Shown here: in pieces, positions 1 to 8,710 of the stretch | Numbering within the stretch: position 1 is the stretch's first letter | How the letters are laid out: each line of letters opens with the position of its first letter | Sequence record: SRR31156797_4761 | DNA: 38,304 nt | Direction: 5' to 3' (one strand) | The notes under the pieces: model-generated | What the model was told of the DNA's origin: nothing | The model's database searches: none | Seen by the model: the letters and a program-made list of their open reading frames with translations, nothing else | Position numbers and translations under genes: made by a program

Positions 1-71
1 TTCAAATCAGTGCCTTGCCTAAGAGCGAATTAATTCTCGCTGAACCAGCATCATGAGGTTACTTAGGTATA
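1..71. repeat. Right end of an ERIC-like miniature palindromic intergenic element (truncated by window edge)
   Basis: Reverse complement of 41-71 is TATACCTAAGTAACCTCATGATGCTGGTTCA. It aligns at ~26/32 with 38273-38304 and resembles the TATACC... terminus of ERIC elements. Confidence 0.65.
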
Positions 72-221
72 ATCAACTGAAATGTCATCGCAAAGGGTGG
101 CAGAGCGCAGAACTAATTTTTGCTTTTCTGGTCTGACCTTATAATTTATGTGCTTATGATAGCTGCGGCTCATCTCGAGTATGCGTAGAATAAGCCAGTT
201 TTTTATCTGATGTACGAGAAT

Positions 222-1325
222 ATGACTTCAACAACTGACCCATATCAAGAGATTCGTCCCTATAATGATGACGAAATTCCAGCGGCTATCGACCGTTTGA
301 TCAACGATGAAGAGTTTATCACTGCGATACTGGAGCATCGTTTCGAGCGTCAACCTTCATGGTTAAAGTCGATGATGGGCCCGTTCGTAAAAGCTTACCT
401 AAAGTTTAAATGGGCCAAGCTGACTTCAGTTGAGAAAATCCAACTAGAGGTTAAAAAGTATCTAGAGCAGACTCTAGACCATACAACAAAAGGCGTGACT
501 TATACTGGCCTTGATAAGTTAGACAAAAATACCGCTTATCTATTTGTTTCTAACCACCGCGATATCGCAATGGATCCGGCGTTGGTTAACTATGGCTTGT
601 TCAAATCTGGTCACCGTACGGTACGTATTGCAATTGGTGACAACCTATTGAAGAAGCCTTGTGCAACTGAGTTGATGCGTTTAAACAAAAGCTTCATTGT
701 TAAACGTTCTGCGAAAGCGCCGCGTGAAATGATGAAAGCCTTAGGCACACTTTCTTCTTACATTAAGCACTCATTGGATACTGGCCACTCTATTTGGATC
801 GCACAAAAAGAAGGTCGAGCGAAAGACGGTAACGATTTTACTGATCCAGCGATCTTGAAGATGTTTAATGTCGAAGGCCGTAAGCAGAAAATCGAGTTTC
901 CTGAGTACATTAAATCGTTGAGAATTGTGCCAGTTTCCATCTCTTACGAGAACGATCCTTGTGATATTGCTAAAGCGCGTGAGCTTTTTGAAAAAGCGAC
1001 ACATGGTAAATATGAGAAAGGTGAGTTCGAAGATATTGAAAGCATCATTCAAGGTATTATCGGCGAAAAAGGTCGAGTACAGGTGTCGTTCGGTGATGTG
1101 ATTACCGATACTTATGAGACTCCTGAAGAGCTCGCGAAAGAGATTGATCGTCAGATCCACGACAATTACAAACTATTCCCGATTAACCTATTGGCAGCGG
1201 GTGCTGAAGACACCGACATTACGCCAGCGGTTAAGGCGAAATTGGACAAGAAGTTAGCCCAGCTACCTGAGGGAGCGCACCCGTTCCTGTTAGATAGCTA
1301 CGCCAATCCAGTCCGAAATCAGTAA
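222..1325 (+). CDS. Glycerol-3-phosphate / 1-acyl-glycerol-3-phosphate acyltransferase family protein
   Basis: HX4D acyltransferase motif (NHRDIAMD), IAIGDNL and EGRAKDG blocks. ORF opens at 210; ATG 222 has GAGA upstream. Confidence 0.88.
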   Translation: MTSTTDPYQEIRPYNDDEIPAAIDRLINDEEFITAILEHRFERQPSWLKSMMGPFVKAYLKFKWAKLTSVEKIQLEVKKYLEQTLDHTTKGVTYTGLDKLDKNTAYLFVSNHRDIAMDPALVNYGLFKSGHRTVRIAIGDNLLKKPCATELMRLNKSFIVKRSAKAPREMMKALGTLSSYIKHSLDTGHSIWIAQKEGRAKDGNDFTDPAILKMFNVEGRKQKIEFPEYIKSLRIVPVSISYENDPCDIAKARELFEKATHGKYEKGEFEDIESIIQGIIGEKGRVQVSFGDVITDTYETPEELAKEIDRQIHDNYKLFPINLLAAGAEDTDITPAVKAKLDKKLAQLPEGAHPFLLDSYANPVRNQ

Positions 1326-1343
1326 GTGATGTCATACAAAACG

Positions 1344-1374
1344 AAAAAGAGAAGCATCGAGCTTCTCTTTTTTT
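1344..1374. terminator. Bidirectional intrinsic terminator
   Basis: AAAAAGAGAAGC-atcga-GCTTCTCTTTTTTT between convergent genes. Confidence 0.85.
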
Positions 1375-1407
1375 ATCCGTCTTTGCCTGTCTTTATGTTT
1401 GTTACGC

Positions 1408-2007
1408 TTAGCGTGCAACGGCACCACCTAAGGTTAAGTTAGTGGGCCATTTCGTAATCACATTGCCACCGAGATAAATATTGCCTTTCACCGTCATTGT
1501 ATCTGGGAAAGTGACAATTTTAGAGCCACCAATATAAAGGCTTCCTTCGACGATGATACCTTCAGGTAGTTCGGTCAGAGGCGTTCGTGCCACACTTAGG
1601 TCACCTTTAACGGTTAATCTTGGTGGCAGTTGTTCAAGAGGGGTATCGGTGAAATTCAGGTAACCCCCGACTTGTACTCTTGCTGGCCAGTTCTTGATTT
1701 GTGAGCCAAGTAAATTTGCATAGCCACGGATGTTGGTGCCTCGTTGAACACGTTCTAACTGGCTGTTAGAAGCGTCTAAGCTACCTTTTACGGTTAGCCC
1801 TTTAGGTAACGATTTGATTGAGGTTTTGGCGATATTCAGGTTGCCTTTCACCTCAAGTCCGTCTGGTAAACTGGTGTAAGGTTTGTTTCTCAGATCCAGA
1901 TTACCGTAGTTATCTAAGTGGTTAAGAATGCGATACTGATCGAGTGGTGCTGAATACAGTGGTAATGAGAATACCGCGAAAATAAACCACCAGAAAAACA
2001 AACGCAT
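1408..2007 (-). CDS. Exported protein made of eight 20-aa leucine-rich-repeat-like units
   Basis: Signal peptide-like N-terminus (MRLFFWWFIFAVFSLPLYSA), then repeats with consensus GxLxLxxxxIxxLPxxLxVx. Confidence 0.8.
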   Translation of the reverse strand: MRLFFWWFIFAVFSLPLYSAPLDQYRILNHLDNYGNLDLRNKPYTSLPDGLEVKGNLNIAKTSIKSLPKGLTVKGSLDASNSQLERVQRGTNIRGYANLLGSQIKNWPARVQVGGYLNFTDTPLEQLPPRLTVKGDLSVARTPLTELPEGIIVEGSLYIGGSKIVTFPDTMTVKGNIYLGGNVITKWPTNLTLGGAVAR

Positions 2008-2047
2008 GCGGGATATCCAAAGTCTCTAAAAAAGTTAAGTATATATA

Positions 2048-2075
2048 GTATCGGCAATTGGGCAGGAAGCTAAAA
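2048..2075 (-). promoter_or_regulatory. Candidate sigma28 (FliA) promoter for the LRR-like gene
   Basis: Minus strand TTTTAG-N14-GCCGATAC. The -10 matches GCCGATAA at 7/8, the -35 is weak; lies 40 bp upstream of the ATG. Confidence 0.45.
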
Positions 2076-2076
2076 T

Positions 2077-2103
2077 AAAAAACGAGCTCATGTGAGCTCG
2101 TTT
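2077..2103 (-). terminator. Intrinsic terminator after yfcZ-like gene
   Basis: AAAAAACGAGCTCA-tg-TGAGCTCGTTT gives a stem plus U-run on the minus strand. Confidence 0.8.
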
Positions 2104-2129
2104 CATAATCTTAAAAGTCAGTCGTGAAC

Positions 2130-2432
2130 TTATCGCATCAACGAGCGAGACTTAAGCTCAAAGATCAGCTTTTCTGCGCTAACTTCAAACTTAAAACGTG
2201 CATTTAGCTCGGTTGTGCCTTCTTCGATAGGCGTTGATTCAAACTCAACTGCTGCACAGACCTCTTTAGCCAGAGCAACATACTTATCTAATTCACCCTG
2301 AAGCTGATCTTTGTCATTGGCATAAATGGTTACTTCAGCAACCTCATCGCCTTCTTTGATGAAAAAGCCCATTTCGGCTGAACAACCACAAGCTTCACAT
2401 ACTTCATTTACTTCACAGCTTTCGTCACTCAT
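2130..2432 (-). CDS. YfcZ/YiiS family protein (DUF406)
   Basis: Cys-rich N-terminus (CEACGC) and C-terminal FxFxxxAEKLIFEL signature; 100 aa. Confidence 0.85.
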   Translation of the reverse strand: MSDESCEVNEVCEACGCSAEMGFFIKEGDEVAEVTIYANDKDQLQGELDKYVALAKEVCAAVEFESTPIEEGTTELNARFKFEVSAEKLIFELKSRSLMR

Positions 2433-2848
2433 CTCATAATCCTCTTACAAAGTTTAAGGACATTCTAACTCTGTATTTATACACGCGCCAGACAAAACAG
2501 AGATGCCTATTCGACAGATTGCACTAAAGGTATGAACCATTGTTTATATAGCTAAAACTTATGGCTTAGTAGCTAGTGTGATAACCGTCGAAAATAAGAC
2601 GTTGTTGTGCCATTTTTTTGTCATCTCTGCTCTCAATGCATTGTCATAACTGGCGGTTTGTTAGATTATTCCGTTTTAGAAATGAACATATTTTATGGAT
2701 TATTTTACCGTTTGACGTTTAGTTACACTTCAATTCATTGATTTACTGAATGCTTTAGCGGTTGCCCAATTGATTTTTTGAGATGTAGTAATGCTGGTCA
2801 GCATTTATCTCATTGTATTTTATGAATTTGTACACAAAGAGCTAAGAT

Positions 2849-3310
2849 ATGCCAAAGCGTAGTAAAGAAGATACTGAAGTTACCATCAAAACCATCATGG
2901 ATGCTGTTGTTGATCAGCTATTGAGGTTAGGTTACGACAAGATGTCATACACGACATTAAGCCAGCAAACCGGAGTATCGCGAACAGGAATTAGCCACCA
3001 TTTCCCGAAGAAAACGGATTTTGTACTTGCTTTGGATGGCCGTATTTTCGACTTATTTGTTGCACACTTAGATTTTGATCATGACTTAGAGTCTTTCGCT
3101 AACTCATGGATTAAAGGTTTGGAAAACGCAGAATTTATGGCAATTCTGCGCCTATTCTTCCACCACAGTGTGGCTGGTGATCGTGCAGAAGCTTTCTCTT
3201 ACAACGGCGTATTGCGTTTGTATAAATTGGGAGAAGAAAAGCTGGGTGCCGAGAGTGCGAAACAGATTGAGTGGTTAATTGGTAAATCTCTGATCGAAAT
3301 TAGTAAGTAA
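2849..3310 (+). CDS. luxT: TetR-family regulator LuxT (SwrT)
   Basis: N-terminus MPKRSKEDTE..IMDAVVDQLLRLGYDKMSYTTLSQQTGVSRTGISHHFPKKTDF matches Vibrio LuxT as I recall it; 153 aa. Confidence 0.92.
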   Translation: MPKRSKEDTEVTIKTIMDAVVDQLLRLGYDKMSYTTLSQQTGVSRTGISHHFPKKTDFVLALDGRIFDLFVAHLDFDHDLESFANSWIKGLENAEFMAILRLFFHHSVAGDRAEAFSYNGVLRLYKLGEEKLGAESAKQIEWLIGKSLIEISK

Positions 3311-3327
3311 CGACTTATTGATGTTTG

Positions 3328-3354
3328 GGGCTTGCAGATGCAAGCCCTTTTTTT
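3328..3354 (+). terminator. Intrinsic terminator of luxT
   Basis: GGGCTTGCA-ga-TGCAAGCCC followed by T7. Confidence 0.88.
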
Positions 3355-3373
3355 ATGCAATTAGATACCTTAA

Positions 3374-3420
3374 TGCACCATGTTGGTGAGACAAGTTCGC
3401 GATCTCACCTAATTAGTGAT
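3374..3420. promoter_or_regulatory. Two NtrC-like enhancer boxes
   Basis: TGCACC-atgtt-GGTGAG (3374-3390) and CTCACC-taatt-AGTGAT (3404-3420) versus consensus TGCACY-N5-RGTGCA; 30 bp apart. Confidence 0.65.
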
Positions 3421-3536
3421 TGCTAATTAATGGTTGGAGGGTATTAAAAGTAATATTAACTGTTTGACTTTTAATGTAATAGTTAAGCTGATTGTGATTT
3501 TTAAAATATACAGAACAATGTACTTTTGTCCGATTT

Positions 3537-3552
3537 TGGAACGTAGTTTGCA
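3537..3552 (+). promoter_or_regulatory. Sigma54 (RpoN) -24/-12 promoter
   Basis: TGGAACG-tagt-TTGCA versus TGGCACG-N4-TTGCW; exact GG-N10-GC spacing; 38 bp upstream of the ATG. Confidence 0.8.
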
Positions 3553-3590
3553 AAAGTTTCCTCATAATAAGATCTAAATAAGGAAATTTT

Positions 3591-5714
3591 ATGTATCTAA
3601 CACCTGAGGAACAAAGGTGGCTGCCGTGGTTTGGTAATACCGGTAAATTAGCAATGCGCAAAGCTTGCTGGTTTAATCGAAAACGAAAAGCGTCACTGGA
3701 ACAAACATTTGAGAATATTGCGAACACTCGAGTGAAAATCCTAACGACATGGACTGAAAACCAGTGGTCCTTCCTTCACGACGCATCAATATACGTCGCA
3801 ACCAAATCTAAACATGAGTACCGAGACACACTAAATCGACTGTTACAACGCAGTTCTGATTTGTCTGAATTATTTATCGTATCCGCACAAGGCGAAATTA
3901 TTGAGTCTTCTTATTCTCATCAGAAAGGTAAGAAGGTTGTGTCGTCTCAGGCATTACAACAAGGGTTAACTCAACCTTTTTTGCATGGACCGTATCGAGA
4001 TGACGTGACATTAGCAATAGGGCCTTCCAGTTCACACTTCCACGATGAAGTTACCCTGATGTTCTATCAACCACTGGAGCTGGATGACGGCGCTCAGGGC
4101 TGCTTGTGTGGTCGAGTGCCTAATGACGTGATAGGTGATTTGATTCAACGCGAAGCCGGTCATATTTACAGTGAATCTGGTGATAACTATTTGTTTATGG
4201 TCGACTCGAATTTTGATGCTTCGATTAAACCAGGCGTCGCTTTATCTCGTTCTCGATTTGAAGATAACCATTTTTCTCACGGGGAAAACCTTAAGGATGG
4301 CGTACACACTAAGTGGGGCGTGGTGAAAGTAAACCGTCACACTGAGTTTGAAATAGTGTTCAATGATCCCGCAACTAATGAGCTGCACCCCGGGGTAAGA
4401 GAAACCATCAGAAATGGGCAAAACCTGTATATTGATTACCCGGGTTACTCCGATTACCGACATATTCCGGTGATAGGTAAAGGGGTGACTTTTACTTTGC
4501 CTGGCTCGAAAGATCGTTGGGGTATGATGTGTGAATCCGATTTGGAAGAGGTTTATCGTCATCGTTCTGTGGCACAGAAGCTTAATCAGCAAGTCAGTTT
4601 AAGTATTTTCGGACCTATGTTGGTTCCCTTTGTTATCGATACTTTCTTTCCTTTAGCGAAAGACCAGTTTTTGCTGCTATCTCTTTTTACGGGACTCGTA
4701 GCGATCGGGCTGTTTCACACCTTCAGCGCTAAACCTATGTCTAAGAATTTGGAAAGTATGACTCAAGTTATGCAGGTGCTGGCGGAAGGCGATGGAAACC
4801 TGACTCGTCGCTTAGATGCAAGCAAGTTTAAATCGGATGAAACGGGTGATTTAGGCCGTTGGACCAACAGCTTTATTGATAGTCTAGAAGGGATTGTCGA
4901 AGAGCTGGTTTTTGCCAGTAAAGAAGTGAAAAACGTATCGGAATCCATGTTCCGCCGCAGTCAGGTATTATTAACCAGCAGTGACACGACAGCGACGTCA
5001 ATAACTGACATGCTTGCACTTGCGGGTGTTCAGAGCCAAGAAATTAATAGTGCTAACACCACTGCTACTGAGATGAATGAGCTGATGCAACAGACGGTAC
5101 AGTCAGCGCAGCTTGAATATCAAAAAGCGGCTGAAAGTGCACAGCAGATTAAAAGTATTGTTCAGTCATCGGCTCAAACGGTCAATGAAGTGAACAATGA
5201 AATGCAGAAGATTGGCAGTATTGTATCTGTCATTACGGAAATCACTGCGCAAACGAACTTGTTGGCACTTAATGCGGCGATTGAAGCTGCGCGAGCAGGC
5301 GAACATGGTCGCGGATTCTCGGTTGTTGCTGATGAGGTGAGAGTACTTGCGAACAAAACCTCACAGGCGGCTAACAACATTGGTGAATTGATGACGGCGC
5401 TTCATACCCAGTCAGAACGCGCGGTGAGTTATATGCAAGAGGGCATTACTAACGTAGAGAACAGTACTCAGGTCGTTGATGAATCTTCTCGCAGTGAACA
5501 GCTTCAAACTTCGGTGACCAGTCTGTTTACCCTAATTCAGGATATTGCTCGCAACAGTGAAGAGCACAGACAAACCGCGGATGAGGCCCAATCGACAGTA
5601 ACCAAACTTCAGGAAGCCTCGTCTCAGCTATCGCGTCGTACTACCTTGATGCAGAATTCATTACTGCGTCTTGATCAGTTAGTGGGACGTTTTGAGGTAA
5701 GTAAAGCTTCATAA
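3591..5714 (+). CDS. Methyl-accepting chemotaxis protein with a large unrecognised N-terminal sensor, TM hairpin and HAMP
   Basis: [31 protein letters not shown] hairpin tip; HAMP-like [15 protein letters not shown]; hydrophobic pair at ~aa 335-378; AAGGA RBS. Confidence 0.92.
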   Translation: MYLTPEEQRWLPWFGNTGKLAMRKACWFNRKRKASLEQTFENIANTRVKILTTWTENQWSFLHDASIYVATKSKHEYRDTLNRLLQRSSDLSELFIVSAQGEIIESSYSHQKGKKVVSSQALQQGLTQPFLHGPYRDDVTLAIGPSSSHFHDEVTLMFYQPLELDDGAQGCLCGRVPNDVIGDLIQREAGHIYSESGDNYLFMVDSNFDASIKPGVALSRSRFEDNHFSHGENLKDGVHTKWGVVKVNRHTEFEIVFNDPATNELHPGVRETIRNGQNLYIDYPGYSDYRHIPVIGKGVTFTLPGSKDRWGMMCESDLEEVYRHRSVAQKLNQQVSLSIFGPMLVPFVIDTFFPLAKDQFLLLSLFTGLVAIGLFHTFSAKPMSKNLESMTQVMQVLAEGDGNLTRRLDASKFKSDETGDLGRWTNSFIDSLEGIVEELVFASKEVKNVSESMFRRSQVLLTSSDTTATSITDMLALAGVQSQEINSANTTATEMNELMQQTVQSAQLEYQKAAESAQQIKSIVQSSAQTVNEVNNEMQKIGSIVSVITEITAQTNLLALNAAIEAARAGEHGRGFSVVADEVRVLANKTSQAANNIGELMTALHTQSERAVSYMQEGITNVENSTQVVDESSRSEQLQTSVTSLFTLIQDIARNSEEHRQTADEAQSTVTKLQEASSQLSRRTTLMQNSLLRLDQLVGRFEVSKAS

Positions 5715-5743
5715 AATAAGGCGGGTTATCCCGCCTTTTTTTT
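5713..5743. terminator. Intrinsic terminator between convergent MCP and yjeH
   Basis: AAGGCGGG-ttat-CCCGCCTTTTTTTT with upstream A-tract. Confidence 0.85.
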
Positions 5744-5754
5744 ACTGCGAATAC

Positions 5755-7008
5755 TCATACTGGGGAGTGTGTTTTGACCTCTTTTCTCCAAGGAACAGCG
5801 AAGAAAGCAAATATTGTCAGCGCATAGAGCATTGACCACCCCAGGCAAATGAACACACCAGTACAAAGTACCAAAGCAATGATTGAGAGTACTTTTGTGT
5901 AGCCATGGAGTAACTTAAATGCAGCAAACATGGCCAGTAGATAAACCAGGACAAATACGCTGTTGGCAAGTTTTAAAAAGAACTCAAGGTCGATACCCGA
6001 TAATTGGCCAGCGATGCATGAAACAAGCAAGATCGCTCCCACCAGCCAGGTTGCCGTTGATGGCACACCGCGCTTAGAAAGTTGAGCGAGTTTGCTGTGA
6101 GGGCGATACTCTCGCGCTTGAGCCCATACCATACGAGACAAGCTTTGGGTGTATAGGTTGACGCTGGCGAAGCAAGCAAAAAATCCAATAATACTGATCA
6201 CAGTACTTAATCCAGCCCCAAACAGTTTATCGCTGAGCCAAGGGAATGAAGCACTATCAAATTCCGCGGTACCGTAAGCACCAAACTTTAATATCACCAC
6301 CGAGCAGGCCCAATAGGTTGCACCTGCGACGAAACAGCCAACCAGAATAGCAATGGGAAAGTCGCGTTGAGGATTCTTGAATTCCTCTCCCATGTGGGCG
6401 AAGGCTTCTATGCCAACAAAACACCAAAACATAACGCCCAGAGCTGCACCGATTGACCAGATTGAGTCGTAGCTAAGAGCTGGCATTTCCATATCGGAAG
6501 TTCCGACATCTCCAACCCAAAATAACGCAGCCACTAGAGTAAAAATGCTTAGTGCGATGACCGTTTGTAAACGGCCTGAGGATTTTGTACCGGCTAAGTT
6601 TACGCCGATAAGCAGCGTTATAGTGATCGATTGAGCCAGGATGGCGTTATCGATCGGAGCCGGTAACAATTGTTGTAAAAAACCTGCAGCTAATGCGACA
6701 GCAGCAGGGACGCCTACAGGAATGACGCTTACAAACAGCCAGGCAACCGCGCGTTCAAGACGTGCGTTATACGCTTTACGTACAAAATAGGCGGTGCCGC
6801 CAGCATTGGGGTATTGCTTTCCCAATGCTGCAAAAGTTAAAGCAACAGGGCAGACAGCAATAAAAAGAATCAGCCAGGCCCAAAGTGAAAAGTGCCCTGC
6901 GATACCCGCTGCAATGGCGGGGATCATAAATAAACCCGAACCCATTAATGTGGTCGAAAGTTGACCTATGCCGGATAGCAGCGTGATTTCTTGTTTGAGT
7001 TGATTCAT
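5755..7008 (-). CDS. yjeH: L-methionine/branched-chain amino acid exporter (APC family)
   Basis: LKQEITLLSGIGQLSTTLMGSGLF N-terminus, FWCFVGIEAFAHMGEEFKNPQRDFP motif, ~12 TM. Confidence 0.88.
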   Translation of the reverse strand: MNQLKQEITLLSGIGQLSTTLMGSGLFMIPAIAAGIAGHFSLWAWLILFIAVCPVALTFAALGKQYPNAGGTAYFVRKAYNARLERAVAWLFVSVIPVGVPAAVALAAGFLQQLLPAPIDNAILAQSITITLLIGVNLAGTKSSGRLQTVIALSIFTLVAALFWVGDVGTSDMEMPALSYDSIWSIGAALGVMFWCFVGIEAFAHMGEEFKNPQRDFPIAILVGCFVAGATYWACSVVILKFGAYGTAEFDSASFPWLSDKLFGAGLSTVISIIGFFACFASVNLYTQSLSRMVWAQAREYRPHSKLAQLSKRGVPSTATWLVGAILLVSCIAGQLSGIDLEFFLKLANSVFVLVYLLAMFAAFKLLHGYTKVLSIIALVLCTGVFICLGWSMLYALTIFAFFAVPWRKEVKTHSPV

Positions 7009-7123
7009 GTTGTCGTTCCCTGAGTGCGACGCCTAAGTTTTTGCGTGGCCTAGGCATCGTGATAATGTCGGAAATCTTACTCAAAACCGTGATGTGATGC
7101 ATCTGACAAAATGCCTTGCTTTA

Positions 7124-7169
7124 ATGTCAAAGTGACGGTTTTTCAGCAACAATTCCGTCATTTTGACGG
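7124..7169. promoter_or_regulatory. Phased 15-bp palindromic boxes (candidate Lrp/AsnC operators)
   Basis: CCGTCA-ttt-TGACGG (7155-7169, perfect) and ATGTCA-aag-TGACGG (7124-7138), 31 bp apart. Confidence 0.6.
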
Positions 7170-7328
7170 TGAAACATCATGCATAGCCTGAGTCGATGAT
7201 AATTCTCAGTAGTCTGAAAGCAGAAATTGTGTCAAATTAACCAGTAATCAACGAGATAAGTTGAGTACTTTTCGGTGTTTTTCTTGTCGATTACGACACT
7301 GGAAAGTTTAAAAAATCAGGAAAGAGCA

Positions 7329-7772
7329 ATGGATAAATTTGACAGACAAATCATAGAGATACTAGAAGTAAACGCGAGAGCGTCGGTAAGTGACATTGCT
7401 CGGGAAGTGAATCTTTCTCGCTCAGCCGTAACGGCGCGTATTAAGAAGCTTGAACAAGATAAAGTGATTTTGGGCTACCATGCACAAATTGCTAAGCCAG
7501 ATAATAGCAATAATGTGAGTGCTTACTTTGCACTAAAATTTGATACATCAGCCAGCTTACATTCTTGTGAGCTTTATGCGCAGCAGATTTACTTAATCCC
7601 CGGTGTTAAATCGTGTCATGCCATTAGTGGTGAAACGGATTTGATGCTGTATGTTGAAGTCGAAAGTATGGCTAGGCTTAATGCGATTCGAGATGAGTTA
7701 CAAAACTATCCGCATCTTCGTCATCTTATGACGCACACCGTTTTAAAAGAGCTATTCAATACCACTAAATAG
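7329..7772 (+). CDS. Lrp/AsnC family transcriptional regulator
   Basis: MDKFDRQIIEILEVNARAS..IAREVNLSRSAVTARIKKLE HTH and CHAISGETD RAM-domain motif; ATG 7329 preferred over the GTG at 7275. Confidence 0.92.
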   Translation: MDKFDRQIIEILEVNARASVSDIAREVNLSRSAVTARIKKLEQDKVILGYHAQIAKPDNSNNVSAYFALKFDTSASLHSCELYAQQIYLIPGVKSCHAISGETDLMLYVEVESMARLNAIRDELQNYPHLRHLMTHTVLKELFNTTK

Positions 7773-7783
7773 AAAGAAACCAC

Positions 7784-8710
7784 ATGTCACAGATAAATCT
7801 CAACTTGCTCCGATCATTAAAAGTATTGCTGGAAGAGTGCCATGTGAGTCAAGCAGCGATCAAACTCAATATTACTCAATCAGCATTAAGTCGTCAGCTC
7901 AGTCAACTGCGTGAAATTTTCGCTGATCCCTTACTGGTGAGAGATGGCAATCAATTGATTCCTACTCCCAAAGCAACGCATTTACTTACAAAGCTTGAGC
8001 ATTGGTTTATAGAACTGGATGAGCTGATGGTTGAAGCAGAGTTTGAACCGACAGCGTGGAAGGGAGCGTTTACCTTTGCCTCTAGCGATTATGTGGCACA
8101 GTACCTTTTACCGGAAATGGTTGAAGCACTGTCAGTACAAGCACCTAATGTCTCGATAAAATATTGTCTTTGGCAACCAGGTTTACTGAGCCAAATGGCC
8201 CATTCTGAAATTCAGCTCGCCTCTACTATGTCTCCAGAACCTCCAATTGGTGTTTCATCAATGCAAATTGGTGAGGACTACCCAGTATGCGTGATGAAAC
8301 AGTCTCACCCGCTGGCTCAGCAGGCTGCACTCAGTGTGGATGATATGTTGGCCTATTCGCATATTAAAGTGACCGGTGGCGGAGATAAGGATTCGTATAT
8401 CGATCAGGCGTTGGTTAAGCTGGACAAAGCGCGTAATATTGGCCTTCAGGTTCCTTTCTTTTCAGCCGCATTTCGCTCGTTGTGTATGAGTGATTACCTG
8501 ATGGTTGTCCCTGAACATATCGCTCGCAATATGCAAAATCATGTCGAAGTGGCTTTCAAACCCCTTCCTGTCGACACGGCTAAACATAAATATTGGCTTC
8601 TTTGGCATCCGAAGTTCGATAATGAACCAGCGCATCAGTGGGTTCGTCAACTTGTGTATTCCATTATGCTGCAATCAGAGTATTCCATTGGCTATGATTT
8701 AAAATCATAG
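7784..8710 (+). CDS. LysR family transcriptional regulator
   Basis: NLNLLRSL..VSQAAIKLNITQSALSRQLSQLREIFADPLLVR HTH; 308 aa. Confidence 0.93.
   Translation: MSQINLNLLRSLKVLLEECHVSQAAIKLNITQSALSRQLSQLREIFADPLLVRDGNQLIPTPKATHLLTKLEHWFIELDELMVEAEFEPTAWKGAFTFASSDYVAQYLLPEMVEALSVQAPNVSIKYCLWQPGLLSQMAHSEIQLASTMSPEPPIGVSSMQIGEDYPVCVMKQSHPLAQQAALSVDDMLAYSHIKVTGGGDKDSYIDQALVKLDKARNIGLQVPFFSAAFRSLCMSDYLMVVPEHIARNMQNHVEVAFKPLPVDTAKHKYWLLWHPKFDNEPAHQWVRQLVYSIMLQSEYSIGYDLKS
8692..8710. promoter_or_regulatory. LysR-type T-N11-A palindrome overlapping the lysR stop codon
   Basis: CTATGATTT-A-AAATCATAG, perfect 9-bp arms, with further ATGAT half-sites at 8713 and 8726. Confidence 0.6.

Noticed and set aside
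3413-3727. 104-aa minus-strand ORF over the MCP promoter
   Set aside because: Antisense to the MCP start, no recognisable motif, and the region is explained by the sigma54/NtrC elements.
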